Assembly: GCA_043228905.1 (NCBI GenBank)
Contig: JBHGNT010000012.1
Location: 3,472,001 to 3,536,000, forward strand
DNA from: Azolla caroliniana
Lineage: Eukaryota > Plantae > Polypodiophyta
Direction of reading: 5' to 3'
DNA length: 64,000 nt
The position numbers were made by a program, and so were the translations under genes. Each line of letters starts with the position of its first letter. Positions within the stretch are counted from its first letter, which is position 1. This document shows, piece by piece, positions 26,601-47,025 of this stretch. Under the pieces are notes generated by a model. That model did not search any database. It was not told the origin of the DNA and saw only the letters and a program-made list of their open reading frames with translations.

Positions 26601-28339
26601 GTCTTGAACTAAGTTAGAACTACCTTATGGATATTTTATTATCACACTAACCATTGCACATGTTGGAGGCTTTCCATCACAAGATTTAGTAATCAGCCAT
26701 TGTGGAGACAAAGGAATTGTGGTATCTAACCCCATAAAATCTGTGATTGTGAAACGTATAAATCATTACACCCATGTTTTGATGAATTAATGTTATACAA
26801 AAATCTACAAGAAATTCTCTAATAATGAGTATACAATTCATCAAGAATGCACCTTTTTGCTCTGGTACCACATCATTCAATCCAACAACTAACTTTCTGA
26901 CTCCAGTCAGATCATTTCCTTCATCTGAAAGACCAATCAAATAGTGTTACCTCATCAAACGTGTTCAAACACTAAGAATAAGATAATAGTGCTTTTACAA
27001 AACAATCATAAGGATAACTGCGAACATATATTAACCAAGACAATGACATACGTGCATGGAATGACGAGTCAGAGACATGTACTAATCAAGAACATTAAAT
27101 GTTTTTGGGAGAATTCCACCTTCTCTCTTGAAATGGAGGTTGAATATTCAGAGCCGCTAGTTAGAAGTCTAGTAATGCACAAAAAGTAAATCCTATCATA
27201 GTACATCATCAAAATCCATTCGCCAATTGATCAACTTGTTTCTGAGCAGCATTATCAACATAACTCACAATTGTAACTGGACGGTTATGGCATATTTAGA
27301 CCAATAGTATTTTCCATTAAGACCAGTAGAATGATGATTGATGGTTCTTTCCATCCTATTAGCCTCTAGGGTCTAAATCATTTGGATACCTATGCAATCC
27401 AATCACCTTGCACTGCTTGTGTGGGGAAATCATCAATCATCATTCTTCATAAGAGAAGAAGTTAGGATACTGTTCTGACTAGCTAAACATTTATCCATCC
27501 TAAAGGATAAGTTAAGATATTTTCCTGACAAATGCTGTTAACTCATGATGGTTAAAACGACGGTTCAGGACCTATTGGCACTCATTATAAGAAAGGAATG
27601 ACATGTTAGGTTCCGACATACCTATTATTGAAAAGGCACATTCGGAATTAAGACCATAATTACCCACTAGGTCTGTCTCTAGACTTTGAGCACTCCTATC
27701 TAATAGTACCTATGAGTGTGCGGAAAAAACGGATAGATTCTTCCTTCATACATTAACCCTGGATTTTTATGCTAAAAAATTCATCCTACTAGCAAGTTTT
27801 GGCAGCTTCAACATAAAGTTTAAATGACATTTTATTTAATATGCTAAAAAATTCATCCTACTAGCAAGTTTTGGCAGCTTCAACATACAGTTTAAATGAC
27901 ATTTTATTTTATTTAACCCATACTTAGTCAGTTTCTCAGACGAGGAATAAATTATTTTTTAGCATTACAATCTTACAACTTCGTAATCCAACCACAGATG
28001 TGGCTTTTCGAGACTGAAAACTATTTTTAGATACTGTCTGATCATATTATTTGCCTCTGATTTACCTTGCAAATGATGAAAGATCTACTCCTACATTATT
28101 AAAGCACGTAATGATATACACAGAAAAAAAAACACATTTTAGTAGCAAATTAGAAAGCATATACGCATATATATACAGAATATGTGTGTTCTATTCTGTT
28201 GGATTAAATTTATCCACAATTCTAAATACCCTCCTTAGGGTACATACACACATATATGCATATCCACAAAGAAAAAAAAAATACCATGGATCCTCGATGA
28301 TTCCGAGATAACTGAACCTCCTTTGCTTGAATCAGACAT
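20689..28339 (-). CDS. GYF-domain protein, EXA1/GIGYF-like translational regulator, multi-exon
   Basis: Proposed first coding exon MSDSSKGG.. (28285-28339). Exon with IPLSPQWL (~26650-26725). eIF4E-family binding motif YPRAKLL. GYF domain YYLDPQGTIQGPF..WFELGYF. Gln-rich middle. C-terminus FRHWCEEQ..SLLEFC..LGFNVSSSNRILMGEIQHIDD. The start exon is less certain than the body. Confidence 0.9.
27769..27909. repeat. 72-bp tandem duplication in an intron
   Basis: ATGCTAAAAAATTCATCCTACTAGC... starts at 27769 and at 27841. Confidence 0.9.
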
Positions 28340-28686
28340 CGATTTTTTATTGAAGGAACAGAACAGAACAAATATATGACAGAAGTAACAACTAAAACAG
28401 AGAGAATAATAGACTAGTGCTCCGTATATATTAAGTGAGATGATTTATTTGGGTTTAAAGAGACGGCTACAGGAAGACGGAAAACAAATTAAGAATAAGA
28501 AGACGAAAAGCAAACAAATTTAGGGTTAAGGTTAGGGTTAGGTGAGAAGAAACATGGTTCATATGGTAATAGTGGGCAAACTTTGTGGTTTTATCTCTGT
28601 ATGTATTTATGTATGGAGGTACGCACATATATATATATACGTGCGTCAAGAAGAAAGGATCCTGCGTGGCTATGGCGGACTGAAGG

Positions 28687-28719
<33 letters not shown>

Positions 28720-30627
28720 TCCTTCTCTTTTTCTTCTCTATTCTTTTCTGAAGGAAGGAGATTTGGTGATGATGATGATGATGATGATGATGACCGGCGG
28801 TTGCCGGTCACACCCACATGTCCACCGGCTCCCTGCCCCTTCCAATCGGTGGATTTCATTTTGTTTTTCTTTTTGGTTCTTGGCTTTTTGCTGCTTTTTT
28901 GTTTTAGTCTGAACATTTTCATTTATTTACTGTTTTGGCCCCTCTCTCATCACATCATGTGGAGATGATTATCTCCGATTTGCTATTCCTTTGGAACACA
29001 CACACAGTTTTTCCTTTGGGTTCTGATCGAAGCTCTCACACCGTCTCTGGCAATAGCTTCTTCTGTAAGGAGGAATTCAACCATCTGTATTGCTCACAAT
29101 ATCCACATATGACCACTTTTTAACTATCGAAAGCTATCAGAAAAGCATTGTCCCATGCTCATATGAAGCTGGACTCGAGAAGAAAAACATTGATATTGTT
29201 CATAATCTCTTCATAGCTAGGGATCTTGGATTGTATGTTGCCTCTTCTTAGCCTTGGCAATCTTATTTGCGGGCCTTAGTATTAAGTCTATGGAAACTTG
29301 AATGGAGGTTGAACTTCGATAACCCATTTTGCTTGTGTAGTTTTTCCCATCTATGGATCTCTATTACGAGTGTGAAGGTATACATATTTGCCCAATAGTC
29401 ATACATAGACCATATGTAAAATGTGTATTTCTATCCATGTATCTAGGATGGATTAATACATTGTTAACGTAGAGTCAAAGAAAGTCCCTTCTAATTGGTA
29501 TATATAATATGCATGCCATGTAAGCGTAGTATATAACTATTTGAGCATTACCAACATTGCTTATGTCCGAAATCAAGACATGAGTGCTTATCATGGGAAA
29601 GGTTCCACAAGCTTTGTACACAAGTCAAAGTTCATAATAAGATATTCAATTACCACATGTGTTGCCCTTAATTCTACTATTATGATCTCATGCATATTTT
29701 ATGGCCATGAACTCGTAATATCGTACATGAGATCAGTGTTATGAGTGATTTTTTGTGTGCACCGTCCTAGCCATCATAATATTTTCTGTGCATGGGCTTT
29801 TGACTAATGACGAGAGCTTAGGACTCACAACTTCATTTATGGCTCTTGAAATTGTACATGCGTGCTCTATCGATAAAAATCCACGAGGGTTGCATATGCT
29901 CCTTCAAACTGAGCTTTTGACATCCCTTACCAATAGAATTTTGGCCCTTCAAGAGTAAACCCAAGAATACATATATGTATTTGTATTCTTTGGAAAGTGA
30001 GCAAGTAGAAACCGAATAAGGAGAAAGGGAATGTGTGTTGTGAGTGAGAGGAATGACATTTACAAGGATGCACAAAAGACTTGTGTTTAAATCAAAATGG
30101 TTCTAACAACAAATACCTTCACTATATATAGTGTTATGCATGATTCAAACTTGGCTACCATGCGTGTGTAAATTGGCGATAATGCATAGCTAGGATTGTC
30201 GTGATAAGTTTAGTATAAGATGTCATAGTATATGAATATATAAATAGATTTAATTAAACTATAAAATTATAGCCTATTTCCCAAGGCTTGCAAGTGTATG
30301 AAGGAGTTCTATGGGTTCAAAACCAAATCCTCAAACTTTTTGGCGTATCTCAGGTGAAACCCAAGCACTTCAAATTTTCCTAGATTCACTTTATCCTCCC
30401 AAAACATATACGGGCATCTAGGTGCATTAAAAGTGAGCACAACATCCTCAATGTAGATTAACTTGATATCATCATTCTCACTAGACTAGATTCACCCTCT
30501 CATTATATATATATATATATATATATTCTTTGAAACCCTAGTAGAATGTGGCTACTTTCAAATAAGTTTGAGATATGCACCTTATTGAGAGCGTTGTATG
30601 ATTTAAGTTCATATTACTATCAATCTC

Positions 30628-33600
30628 TTTTTTTCTTTTTTTTTCCAAAAAAAACTCCTTCCATTAGTTATAAAAGTTTACAAATGAGACTATTATGTAC
30701 AAATCCCTGTAGGGACGCAATAGTTCCATCTTATGTGGATGCCCACTGACTCAAGAAAGGGAGAGGATGACCATTGTTGGATGAAGGCTATTCGTTGTCT
30801 TTCAACTCCATCGGAGCTGCCCTTGAGGCCATCATATTGGCTCTTTAGAGTGGCTACAATTTCACCCCATGTCTCTTGCAGTAACCTTGTTGGATGCAAG
30901 GTTTGGTTGGAGAAGACCCGTCTACACCGTTGTTTCCATAGAATCCAAAGAGTTATTGGGTTGACCAATTCCAACACAACTTGAGATTTGTCATTAAGAG
31001 GAGTTGAGTGGACATTGCCGTTGGTGGAGAAAAAAACCCTCTTGTGCTTTTATCACCAATGTCATCCCCTCCTCCTGATGCTCGTATCTACCAACTGGGG
31101 TCTGCCATGATAGCCAACATATATTTCCCCACTTGATTGAGCCTTGCACCTTGTTACGGTCATGCCCGTAACACACCTAGCATAATTGCAACAAGCGGCC
31201 AACCCCCTGCCATATTCGATGGGACGTTGGGCAGTCCCATAGAGTGTGTCATATTGATTCTACTGCATTTGGGCACTCTACACAATTAGGAGAGCTTAGG
31301 TTCCCACATTGCCATGCTCCCACCGGTAGTGACTTATGTATTAATAGCCATTGGAACGTGGTAATTCGCCTCACATGTTTTTGTTTCCAGATTTTCTGCC
31401 AAAACTTGGTGATAATTGTGTGAGAAACTTGAAATGTGTGCCAGACCTTTGCAGTAGCCGGCTCTCAGGCAGTTTGAGCTACTAGAATGTGGCGACCCAA
31501 TCTAGTTGTGAATTGAAAGAAAGGGATGGGTTTGCTTCCTTGCCCCGCGTAAGGATCACGCCATGTCCATTGCAAAGGGTCCCAACTAACCTTACGTAGC
31601 CATGTGTTTTCATGAGTACATATGTGCCAATCGGGTTGTACTTTGATCGGATTAGGATCTACAATCCATTTATGACCAATATACGCGAGTACTCGAATTG
31701 TGTTATTTTGTGTTGGTGTCTCAGTGTCTCGAAATTCAGAGCCTTCAATCCTGTCTGGTGTTCCCCTACCTCTCGGGATCAAAGATCCCTCCTCCTCGTA
31801 GCCTATCCATTTCTCCATTGTCGTCCTTTGAGTAGCAACTTCCCTAATCAGTAGAGTGTTAATGATTTCCGATCTCATAGTCCATCCGCCCATGATTCCA
31901 TGGAGTATGTTGGCTTGATCTTGTAGTGGTAGTGACATAAACCATCTCCAACATTCTATACTTTTTCCTAGACCTTTTGCAATGTATCCCCATGACAAAA
32001 CCTTACGTGATCCTAGTAGTTGATTAGATTCATCCTTGATACATGGGTTCCATAGGATACGTTGACTGAGCCAGGCAGGTTCAGATCTCGGTTGATCGCA
32101 TTTGAGCCCTCGTCTAATGTCACACCATGCCTTCCACATGGATGCACTAAATCTATCCTCCAATTGGCGGGAGAAATTAGGTTTGAGATCCATGTTTAGA
32201 ATCCATCCCATTTGTGGGGCTCAATTGACCCCTTTTCGTGGCCTAAAGTAAGCGAAACGTAACCACAGTAGCATTTTCCAACAATCATTTCCTGGTTGGA
32301 GTCCTCGCACCTCAAATTTGTCAAGTAAGGCTTTTGATTGTGAAAGGGGATCAATAAGACTCAATCCCCCTCTCAACTTAGGTAATGTGAGTATAGGCCA
32401 CGCCACCTTGGCACGAGTTACATGATCTTCCTTACCAGACTAAATGTAGTTGTGTACCAGTCGTTGAATCTGATGTATACTTTCCTTGGAGATTGTCCAA
32501 CATGATAGACTGTACCATGTTGTTGCGAGTAGTACCTAGTTTGCCACTATGATGCGACCCGCTAGCGATAGTTTTTTCGAACTCCAATGTATCAATTTTT
32601 GTCGAATGGAATGGATAATGGGTGCAATCATAGTCTCCGACGGTATGTTGAAACCAATTTGGAAACCCAAATATTTGGTGCTCGCTCCTTGATTGATCCA
32701 TTTGAAAGCGGGATGTGGGTGCCATGCAGGATATGTTTCATGAGAAAGCCATATTGCACAGGATTTGTGCCAATTGATCATGGCATTGGATCTCTTGCAA
32801 AATATGGCTAACCCACTTTCTAGCTTTTTGAGGTTTTCGAAGTCCCCTTGCAGATAGACCGTTGTGTCATCTACAAGTTCTATATCCATGATGCTTTGGT
32901 GAGAATGAGGTAGGGAAGACCACGTAGGTTGAGATGCCGCGAGTTGAGAAAGCAAGAGAGTTCTTCGGCGTATAATAGAAATAAGGATGGAGCTAGTGGG
33001 CATCCCTGTCGTACAGATCGGGATATTCGGAAAAAGGGGCCCCTTTCACCTACTAGTGAGATGCAACTACTGACGTTCCTATAAAGTCCTGCAATGCCTT
33101 TGATCCATGTCTCTTGAAAGAGAGTTTCCCCATCACACTTTCTAGAAAGTTCCAACATACCTGTCATATGCTTTCTCAAAATCTAGTAGCACCACCGCTA
33201 TCTTGTTATTGGTACACTTGGCAAGGGGTATTGCTTCCCAGAATGAGAAGAGGTTGTCTAGGATGCTTCGATTTCTAACGAAACCTGTCTGGGACGGATG
33301 AATGAGTTGAGGGAGAAGTGGTGTTAAACGGCGTGCCACGATTTTTACGAGCAACTTATAGACAATATTGAGAAGAGTTATGGGCCGCCACTTGCTAATG
33401 TCGTTGGCACTCCCACCACTTTTAGGAATGAGATGTATCATCCCCTATCCAAATTCCTCCGGCATGTTTCCAGAGGTGATGATCTCCTCATATGCATGGA
33501 GGAGGTCTTCTTTAATAGTGTCCCAAAGGCATGTGAAAAAGTGAGGGGTGAGGCCGTCGATTCCAGGGCAACTATCTGCATCCAAATAAGAGAGGGCCTC

Positions 33601-36090
33601 CCATATCTCGATGATTGATAGGGGACGCACGAGCCATATATTCATTTTCGTTGTGACTTTCTCGGGTATGCTTTGGAGGATAATGTTTTCTCTTATGTCT
33701 TCCCTTGTGGCCATAGTATCTTCGGTAAGTAGGCGTTTATAGTAACTTGTGGCAATATTCCTCATTTCATTGCCATCCTCAGTGGTCGTTCCATCCTCTT
33801 GGTTGAGGTTGCGTATCATTATTCTAGCGTGCCTCGGGCCTTTGGAGCGGCAGAATTCCTTCGGGGTTTTGTCCCCTACTCGAATCCATCACGCCATGCT
33901 TCCATGAAACTCCATGTCATATATTTCCTTTTCCACCATGTTGAGTTCATGTTTGGCCATGGCAACTTGTCCTGCGATCCAACTGCATGACGGGTATCTC
34001 TGTTGGAGTCATTGTAAGGCTATTAGTCCTCGTTTTGTCCTCTATCTCTTTTCCTTAGGCTCCTTGCTTCTAGTCTTGACAATCTCATGTAGGAGAGTTG
34101 AGGCTCTTGTTAATTTAGTTAGAAGTTTGTTAGATGATGATGAGTCATTGACTGGTAATGACCATTGGTTGGAGAGTTGTTCCTTCACCTCTATAACTGT
34201 GTAAATAGTGTGTGGGACGTGAGGTTGGAATGGGCCTCATTTTTTGTGCAATTGAAAATGACCAACTACCGGGTAATGGCCAGAGAAAGTCGTGCCTAGA
34301 GTTATGCGACACCACCCTCCCTTCGCTTCTAGAGCCTCGCCCACATAAATGCGGTCAATGCGAGATAGGGTGGGTCCACTATTCCGCTCGTTTGATCAGG
34401 AGGATAAGAGAGAATCCCTTTTTCGTTGGAAGTTGTCAGAATGCCAGATGTCTCGTAGGTTAAGGTGTACACATAACTTCTCCCATTGTTTACGTTCCCT
34501 TCCTTGTAGAACTATGGGGTTGTTGTTGGAGCTATCGTGAATGGATTCGATCATATTAAAATCCCCTCCAATGCACCACTCTTCCGCACCCGCTACTTGT
34601 AGGCGGATGCGTTCCCAGAATGTTGCCCTTTCTGTTCTGCTATTTGGAGCATAAACATTCATGAAATTCTAGCATTGCCCTTGGATGGTCAACATGCAAA
34701 AATGTTCCCTACCAGGTATAAGTGATTCCTGGTGTATTAAGCCTTGGGCTAGATGTTCCCGAATCAAAGTGCAAATACCACCATGATTTCCATCCTCCCC
34801 TATTGTTGGCTCCCAAATTGCTCGTCATGATCCTGGTAGAAGGTCTCCGACTTCCTTTGATTGCGTGCTATCTAGTGGTGTTCCTGCAACATGATGATGT
34901 CAACAACACTCCCTAATAAATATTCCTCAAGATCCCTTCTCAAGATCCATTTGTTTTGCTGGTCTAGTCGACTTCTGAGCCCTTGCACGTTCCATGTTAA
35001 AATCTTCATACTCATGGAATGGGGTGGGAGATTGCCAGTTGTTCCTGGTACTTTGCACAACAGGTCGTGAGTGGGGAGCACTCACCATTTAGACATCAAG
35101 TCATTTCCAGGCATGGAATGCTGGTCCAAATCACCAAGAGTGGAGTTTGTGGGCCATCCGGTGAGCTTCAATCGTCTCTTCCTGCTTCTCATAGAAATAG
35201 AAGAAGCCTGGAGTTAGTTGGGTGTCTATGATAGTTCGCAGGTGGATGTGGCAGAGATGAGGTTCCTCTTCATCCATGGTGCACCAGAATTATGTGTTAT
35301 TCCAATGCTTCTTTAGTTCATTCATGAGGGTTTCATCTCTTATTTTTGTGACAAAACAGGTTTCTTGACTGCATAGGGTATCTTTGATCTTCGACTTGGA
35401 CCAGTCCTCTTGTGCCGCAAGCAAGAGTGGAAAAGAAATCGAGGTCGTCGATAATCCATTCTTGTGTATCGCTGATACATGTACCCTTATTTTGTCCACT
35501 GTTGTATGCCCTATACCTAGCCATTTCAGGGCATTTTGCGGGTGTGGTTCAAGGTCCTGGCTAGATGTATCACACTCATGTATGGCTAGGAAGGCTATGA
35601 TCTGAGGCGTGATATTCAAACTATTGCCTTGGTTTGTTGTTTCTCCATTGGGTGTAGTTCCGTTTAAAGCTCCGCATTAGGGTCTTAACATGACTTATCC
35701 TTCGCCACTCCCCTGTTTTGTAAGCGTTAACGAGGATTTTCTCTTGTGTCTTTGGAGTCACCTTGGGCCTTTCCTTGGGGCTTAAGAAAGCACTAGGGGA
35801 GTGTTCATATGTGGGGGGGAGCTCTTGTAGTAGATCAAAACGATTGGAGCTCACTGGCGATGAAGGATTTTGTGACTGTGGAGTTTTACGTAGGACATGG
35901 GATTTCCCCACCACTCGACATTCCATCACAACCTTATCGGGGCGTGGTGGGGGAAGTTTCTGATTTCCTATGGTGTCCCGACCTTCCAAGGTCTCCATGG
36001 TGGGATCCTTAATGCGTACCGTGGGGTAGTTCTTTTTTAAATGACCAAGCTTTTTGCATGCAAAACATTGTCCCAGTGCGCCGATCACTT
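30628..36090 (-). mobile_element. Degenerate non-LTR retrotransposon (L1/Tx1-like LINE), 5'-truncated
   Basis: ORF1 knuckle CFACKKLGHLKK; endonuclease MKILTWNVQGL, NVYAPN, WCIGGDFN; RT WRPITLLN, LLDFEKAYDR, VRQGCPLAP, KYLGF; A-rich tail (T run at 30628-30644); many frameshifts. Confidence 0.92.
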
Positions 36091-38712
36091 AATATCAATC
36101 TCTTTTAGTCGCTAAATTTTGTGTTTGTCATGGGCCCACCTAAAACCACTACCATGCTCTCTTCTTATGTTTTCTCGAAAACACTTCATACATTTTTACT
36201 TGATTTTGGCTAGGCATTCCTTCACATCCTTATTTAAATTGTGTCATGTATCCGAACGTTCTTCGTTATACCAACTTTTTTAATTGTTATGCATGACTTT
36301 TTATTATGGAAAGTATATGTGTTGGAGTGTGTATTGCCTTGCTACATTCATCTATTAGCATATCCATTTGTATATCTACTAATTCATCACATAGTATAGT
36401 CTCATTTTTGTCTCAACTCTACTCCACACAATCAAACATGGCTATAAGGGTACGCTCAAGCGTGCGTCATTCATTGTCACAAATGTTATTATGAACCACT
36501 GGAAGGCAAAGTGAGCTACTACTTGATCCTCTCATAAGATATCATACCAATTCTAGCCGTTGAGCTAGTTTGTGAAGCCATGTACACATCCAAGCATAAA
36601 CAAAACTACACGGCCAAGCATCCAAGCCATTGCGACTCTAAATCAAGGGTTGACCTTGTGGACCCCATGTCATGTATTAATTATTCGCAAACTAGTTCAA
36701 TGTTAATTTCATGGAATGTTGATTGTTTAAATAGAGAGATGTTATGAATATGATATGAGTTAAACAATCTTATAATGTTTGTAGAAAATTCCATATTCAA
36801 GTCTACACAAAAATTATTGTTAAGCATCCATTGAACATCTAATATTTGACATTATGGATGTCTTATAGTTTAAATAATTTTATCATGTTAAATAGAAGAT
36901 TCCATATTCAAGACTATGGTAACTGGTTATGTTGATTCAAGGTGTACACACTAAGCTTACGTATTTGTATTGGCAAAGTTATGCCTCCATGCTAATATCG
37001 TTAGTTGGAGAGTCTGGACCCTACACATATATGACGCAAATGGGACTAGTTGTAGAGACCCTAGATTACCTTTGTCACCATTCCACCACCTTGCTTGAAC
37101 CACTACCTAGGTAGTTTACCTTTGGTTCCTTAGGCCAAATTTGGCCTACTCGTGAATGATAAAAATTCTATTATACGAGGACAAAGCTAATGACCAATTG
37201 CTCTTTTCCCAACTCGTACCACAAACGCTCGCAATCTACACTCTCCCAACCTTTTCCTTGTTCCCCAAATTTGGCCCGGCTTGACTTCTAGAAAACTTGA
37301 GAGAAGTGTGCCTTACTTCTATTTAATTGGTTGGCCTTCCAAACAACCTCACCTCCATTATTTACTTTGGTACAAGTATCAATCGTTCACATTATCTTAT
37401 GTACATCTCATCTCTAATGCCACGGTCTAGGGAACATGCTAAAGATTCCTTGTAGAAGTAGGGTAATAGAGAGAGGAACATTGTGATGGGTTGTAAAGTT
37501 AATATATATGAGCCTTTATGCAGATGTAACATAGTTAAATCAAGGAGAACTATAAAGTTGAAACTATAAGGGTTCTTCCTCATTTAACATTCCCTAGAGC
37601 AAAAATTTAAGCATTTTGCTCTCATTAATCACTTTCTTAATCTCAAACCATAAGTATAATTATTGTATCTAACTTCAAGTTTTACTTAGTAGTAGGCACA
37701 CTAATGAAAGCTTGATCATGTTGGTAATTTCTTTCACTTTGCCTTTTTTCTATTGAGCACATGGAAACGTGGCAAAGTCTCTTTATGATTTAATGGTGAT
37801 CTGATCCTTGTGAATGGTGCTTAGGTCGTATAGTAGAGTAGAGTTTGTCTTAGTAGTTAACCTATGTATTAGTGGCTTGGGAGATGATTAAGACACATTT
37901 TCCCCATGAAAGGGTAGATTATGGCATGTTCTCGCACACCACAAAAAACCCTAATGTGTATACACTCTTGTGTTTGCCTACCTCAAGGTTGGTTGTACAT
38001 GAAAAATGTACATATAAGTAATTACCCCAATTTTTTATCAAGGTTCAATTCTAAGTATCTGCTTAAATAAATACTTCAATGTAGAGTAAAACCACTCCAC
38101 TTTGTCAAAAATCTGGCTATAAAATAGTCCTTTGCCCAAAATGGCATGAAAATCCAATCAATGCTCGTTGCGTATTACCTTTCACATTATCCAGAGAACC
38201 TCAGATTATGCACAATCTTTATCCAAAACGCAGTACTTACTTTCCTACATCGCTACTTCTAGACCAGCACATTACCCATGCAAGTAATGCTACAAAGCAA
38301 TAAATTGGAAACTCGAACGAAAACCCATTCAGAAGACTGTGCTAACACATCATTGTGAAAGTCCACAATCCTATAGACAATGATAAGCTCCAATAGTGGG
38401 AAAAATGAGAGCATAAGAGGTGCCTGAATGAATGCCTTATAAATTTGTGGATTCAAATTTCCCAATGATTAATGTAGTACATATATATATATATGTCTTT
38501 ATAAATAAAGAGATAGATTGCCTTTCTGAGGTTTACAAACTGGTTATTGATGATGAGTAAATCCTTGGGAGTCAAAGGGATATGCTGAAAAAACCCCTAC
38601 TAAGTCTCAAATTTTGCAACTCAAAGCAAAGTGGATGTTATGAAGCAGCTCATACACCAGGGCTTCTTTTATGAGAACAATTTAATAGAAAGGCAAGAAA
38701 AAAAATAGAGAA

Positions 38713-43855
<5,143 letters not shown>

Positions 43856-43913
43856 AATCTGCGAGGTGGGTCACTCTCTGTCGTGCCACTCCACTTCAAT
43901 TCACCTCCCCTGC

Positions 43914-43964
43914 CTCTTCTTCTTCTTCTTCTTCTTCTTCTTCTTCTTCTTCTTCTTCTTCTTC
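43914..43964. repeat. (CTT)n microsatellite upstream of the NTRC ATG
   Basis: Directly visible. Confidence 0.93.
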
Positions 43965-44253
43965 TCTGTGTAGGACTGACTGCCTAGCGATGACAAGTCC
44001 CACTACCCACACACATCATCTGTTTGTGTGTATGAGGAGAGTAGTAGTCTCATGTATGTCTTTTTTGTTTTGTTCTGTTCCTTTTGAGACCAGAATTTTT
44101 ATTCTTTCTTTCTTTGCTTTTCTTTTCTTTTTTGTGTGGCTCTGGAGGCCACTCTTTTTATTACACTTCAAACTTTGGCCTTACCGATTGCGCGATCGAG
44201 CGAGCTAAAAGAACCCTCTAGATACCACCATTCCTCAAAACACCGATACCCCA

Positions 44254-44491
44254 TTCCTTCCTTCCTTCCTTCTATCGTTCGTTCGTTCATTCATTCATTT
44301 GCTTGTTCGTTCATTCATTTGTTTGTTTGTTCGTTCATTCATTCGTTTGTTTGTTCATTCGTTCATTCGTTCGTTTGTTCGTTCGTTCATTCATTCATTT
44401 GTTCATTTGTTTGTTCCTTCATTCATTCATTTGCTTGTTTCTTTGTTCATCCGTTCGTTAATTCCTTCATTTGTTTGTTCTATTCGTTCAT
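44254..44491. repeat. Compound tetranucleotide satellite (TTCC/TTCG/TTCA/TTTG)
   Basis: Directly visible. Confidence 0.9.
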
Positions 44492-47025
44492 TACCCTGCC
44501 CCTCACGCTCCACTCTATAGATATTGCACCACTTCTTTGTCCGTCCATCACTTCCTTTTGTCCGCCCCCCTTCCATGCCATTTGTAGCTCGCAGGGGAGC
44601 AATGAGTGAGGCGACTCCTCAACCACGCGTGTTTCTCCATCGACAAGTTTGAGTATTTGAGTAAGATAGCACGTCGTGCTTTCCTCGGTTGCCTTTGACC
44701 ACATTCGATTCTACCTGCCCCATCATCTCCATCCAGTCCACTCCTTCTCCATGTTCCTCTTTGTGTGCACTCTCGATCGCAACATTCGTTAGGAAAATGC
44801 TTCAATATTGAGAGTCTCGAAAGAAATCCACATACATTGTGTCAACATGTTGTCACGTTTACTCCTAAAGCTCGTGTTTCATCTTCGAGAACTGTCATAA
44901 AATCTATCCATCTTTCGGCATTCATATTGGCATCCTAGAAAGTGTTTTTATCATCCAATGCTTGTGTGTGTTTGGTGTGCGCATGCATGGGGTGGGTGCA
45001 TGTGTGTCCAATGCCACACATACACACACAATGAGATACGTGTGTATGTGTGACTCCCCATTGGTCTCCCATTGTATACCATAATCACTTTTCATTAATG
45101 AAAATGAAGCACATGGGTGCATAATACCATGTTGAAGCTTGCTTAAGGCATAACCTAGGGTTAACTTACGGTTTGGGAGTTTCTAGTTTTGTTTTCCTTT
45201 ACTCTTCTAAATCTTATGACCCCTACCCATATAATGCAACAAATCACCCTCATCATCACATGCTACAATTAATTTTCTTAAACTAAAGGATTTCTTATTT
45301 TCAACTTTTGTTTCGTTTCTAGTTTTACTAGCATTTGACTAATAAACAAGAAGACTCCATTACAACTATCTAGTGTGGTTATATTTTCATAAGATAAATA
45401 ATAGGAATTTCGTGATTCGTTTTCCTTCTATTATTGAATCTTTAAATATCTACATACTAAAGTTCCAAATCCACATCTTTTTTGGAAAAAAGAAAAGAAA
45501 AAGTTCCAAAATCCACTCATTTTGTATGGTTCTTTCTCGTATGAAAACTATGAATTTCAATTCTCGTTTTTCTTCTATCTTTGAAAACTTTTAACATATA
45601 CATTGATTCTCATGTAGTGTTATTTATTCCTTCACACAATTTTGGGAAGTTTTAGTTTCATTTTCCTTTTTAACTCAATTTTGCAGCCTTCATGAAGGCC
45701 ACTTCTATGCTCCACTGACCCAATGTGGTATATGTATCAATAATTGCTAGTTCTGTCGAATTTAAATATCAACATTGTGCTTTAAAATATGTGCTCCCAT
45801 TGTCTTGGCCTTAGAGATTCCTTTGTCATGCCTCAAAACTTATTTTGTATTAAGAAAATATTGTTATCTTAACAACTAAATGGAATATACTATATATACC
45901 TTCCATTTTAGAGGCATTTTGATTTTTCACTTCATCCTTGGTATGTAATGAACCTTGTGTGGTTTATTGGAGTGTATAAAACCTTTAAACTAAAATGTAA
46001 ATGGTAAAGTTATTAATTTGTTCCCTCTCTGAGCTCTCTAACAACTTCGATTGTTGATTCATTCTTCTTCTTCTTTTGGCTCTAGTAATTCTCAATGGAC
46101 CTAACTCTATCATTTGTTATGTGTTTGTTTTTCTCTCCTTTTCCATAGAATTCATTTTTCTTCCTCTTCCTCTTCTCTATCTTATTAATACCTCGTAACC
46201 CATGAAAACAAAATGTTAGCCATCATTGACATTTCACCTTCTTCTAGTGACAACTTATATTACTAATTATGAGAGAATGTCTTGACTCTCCTCTCCCCCC
46301 CCCCTGTTCGTTATGATTAGAAAATATCTTCAATCTATTCCGCACATCTCTGTAATGAAACCAATAGAAAATGCTATTATGTGTCTCTAGTATTCAATAA
46401 CTCATCATGCCTTTAAATTCTTTGAAGTATATTGTGTATATAATTTGCTTCTCTCGATCTAGATATTTGAATCTTATTGTAGAAATCTTATTACAAGCAC
46501 GACTAATGATGGAAATATTGACACCTAGAGATCAATTTGATAAGGGATATACTAATATACAATTTGTAATGGTGACATTTAATGTTGTTATCTATGCGTC
46601 CTTGCACATCTCAACAACGTGGTCATGGTTCAATTTCTAGATTTGAGTGTTAACTATTTTCTACCCGACCATATTCCAAAAGATTGGATTGTTAAGTCAT
46701 TGAGTTGAATAATGTATTAGTTGTGTGGCCTAGAACATCTATGATCATCGTATACATTTCATTTGAAAGATGGTGGTGGCAACAATAATGAGCAATTGTT
46801 GTTGTAATCATGCTCGATGAATCATGTGAGAAACCATACTGCTACCAATGAAGATGATTAAAGAAAATGTCTCAAAGCACTAAAAGCATACTACAAAACA
46901 TGTTTGACTAAGAGACTTCATCACGTGGAGTTTTTAAATATCTTAACTTTGTCCCATCTTCCCACCAAAGGGTCATTTTGAGATGATACCATTTCATGTT
47001 TACCTAAATCACCCATAGGCCACGA

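Noticed and set aside
28066-28084. Candidate 19-nt microexon in the GYF gene
   Set aside because: It would shift the frame; the flanking exons already join in phase 1.
29130-30100. Possible degenerate TE remnant (also at 36500-37600)
   Set aside because: No recognisable motif could be read with confidence.
44136-44609. 157-aa ORF with FIHS/FVCS repeats, and similar ORFs at 48156-48454
   Set aside because: These are translations of microsatellites.
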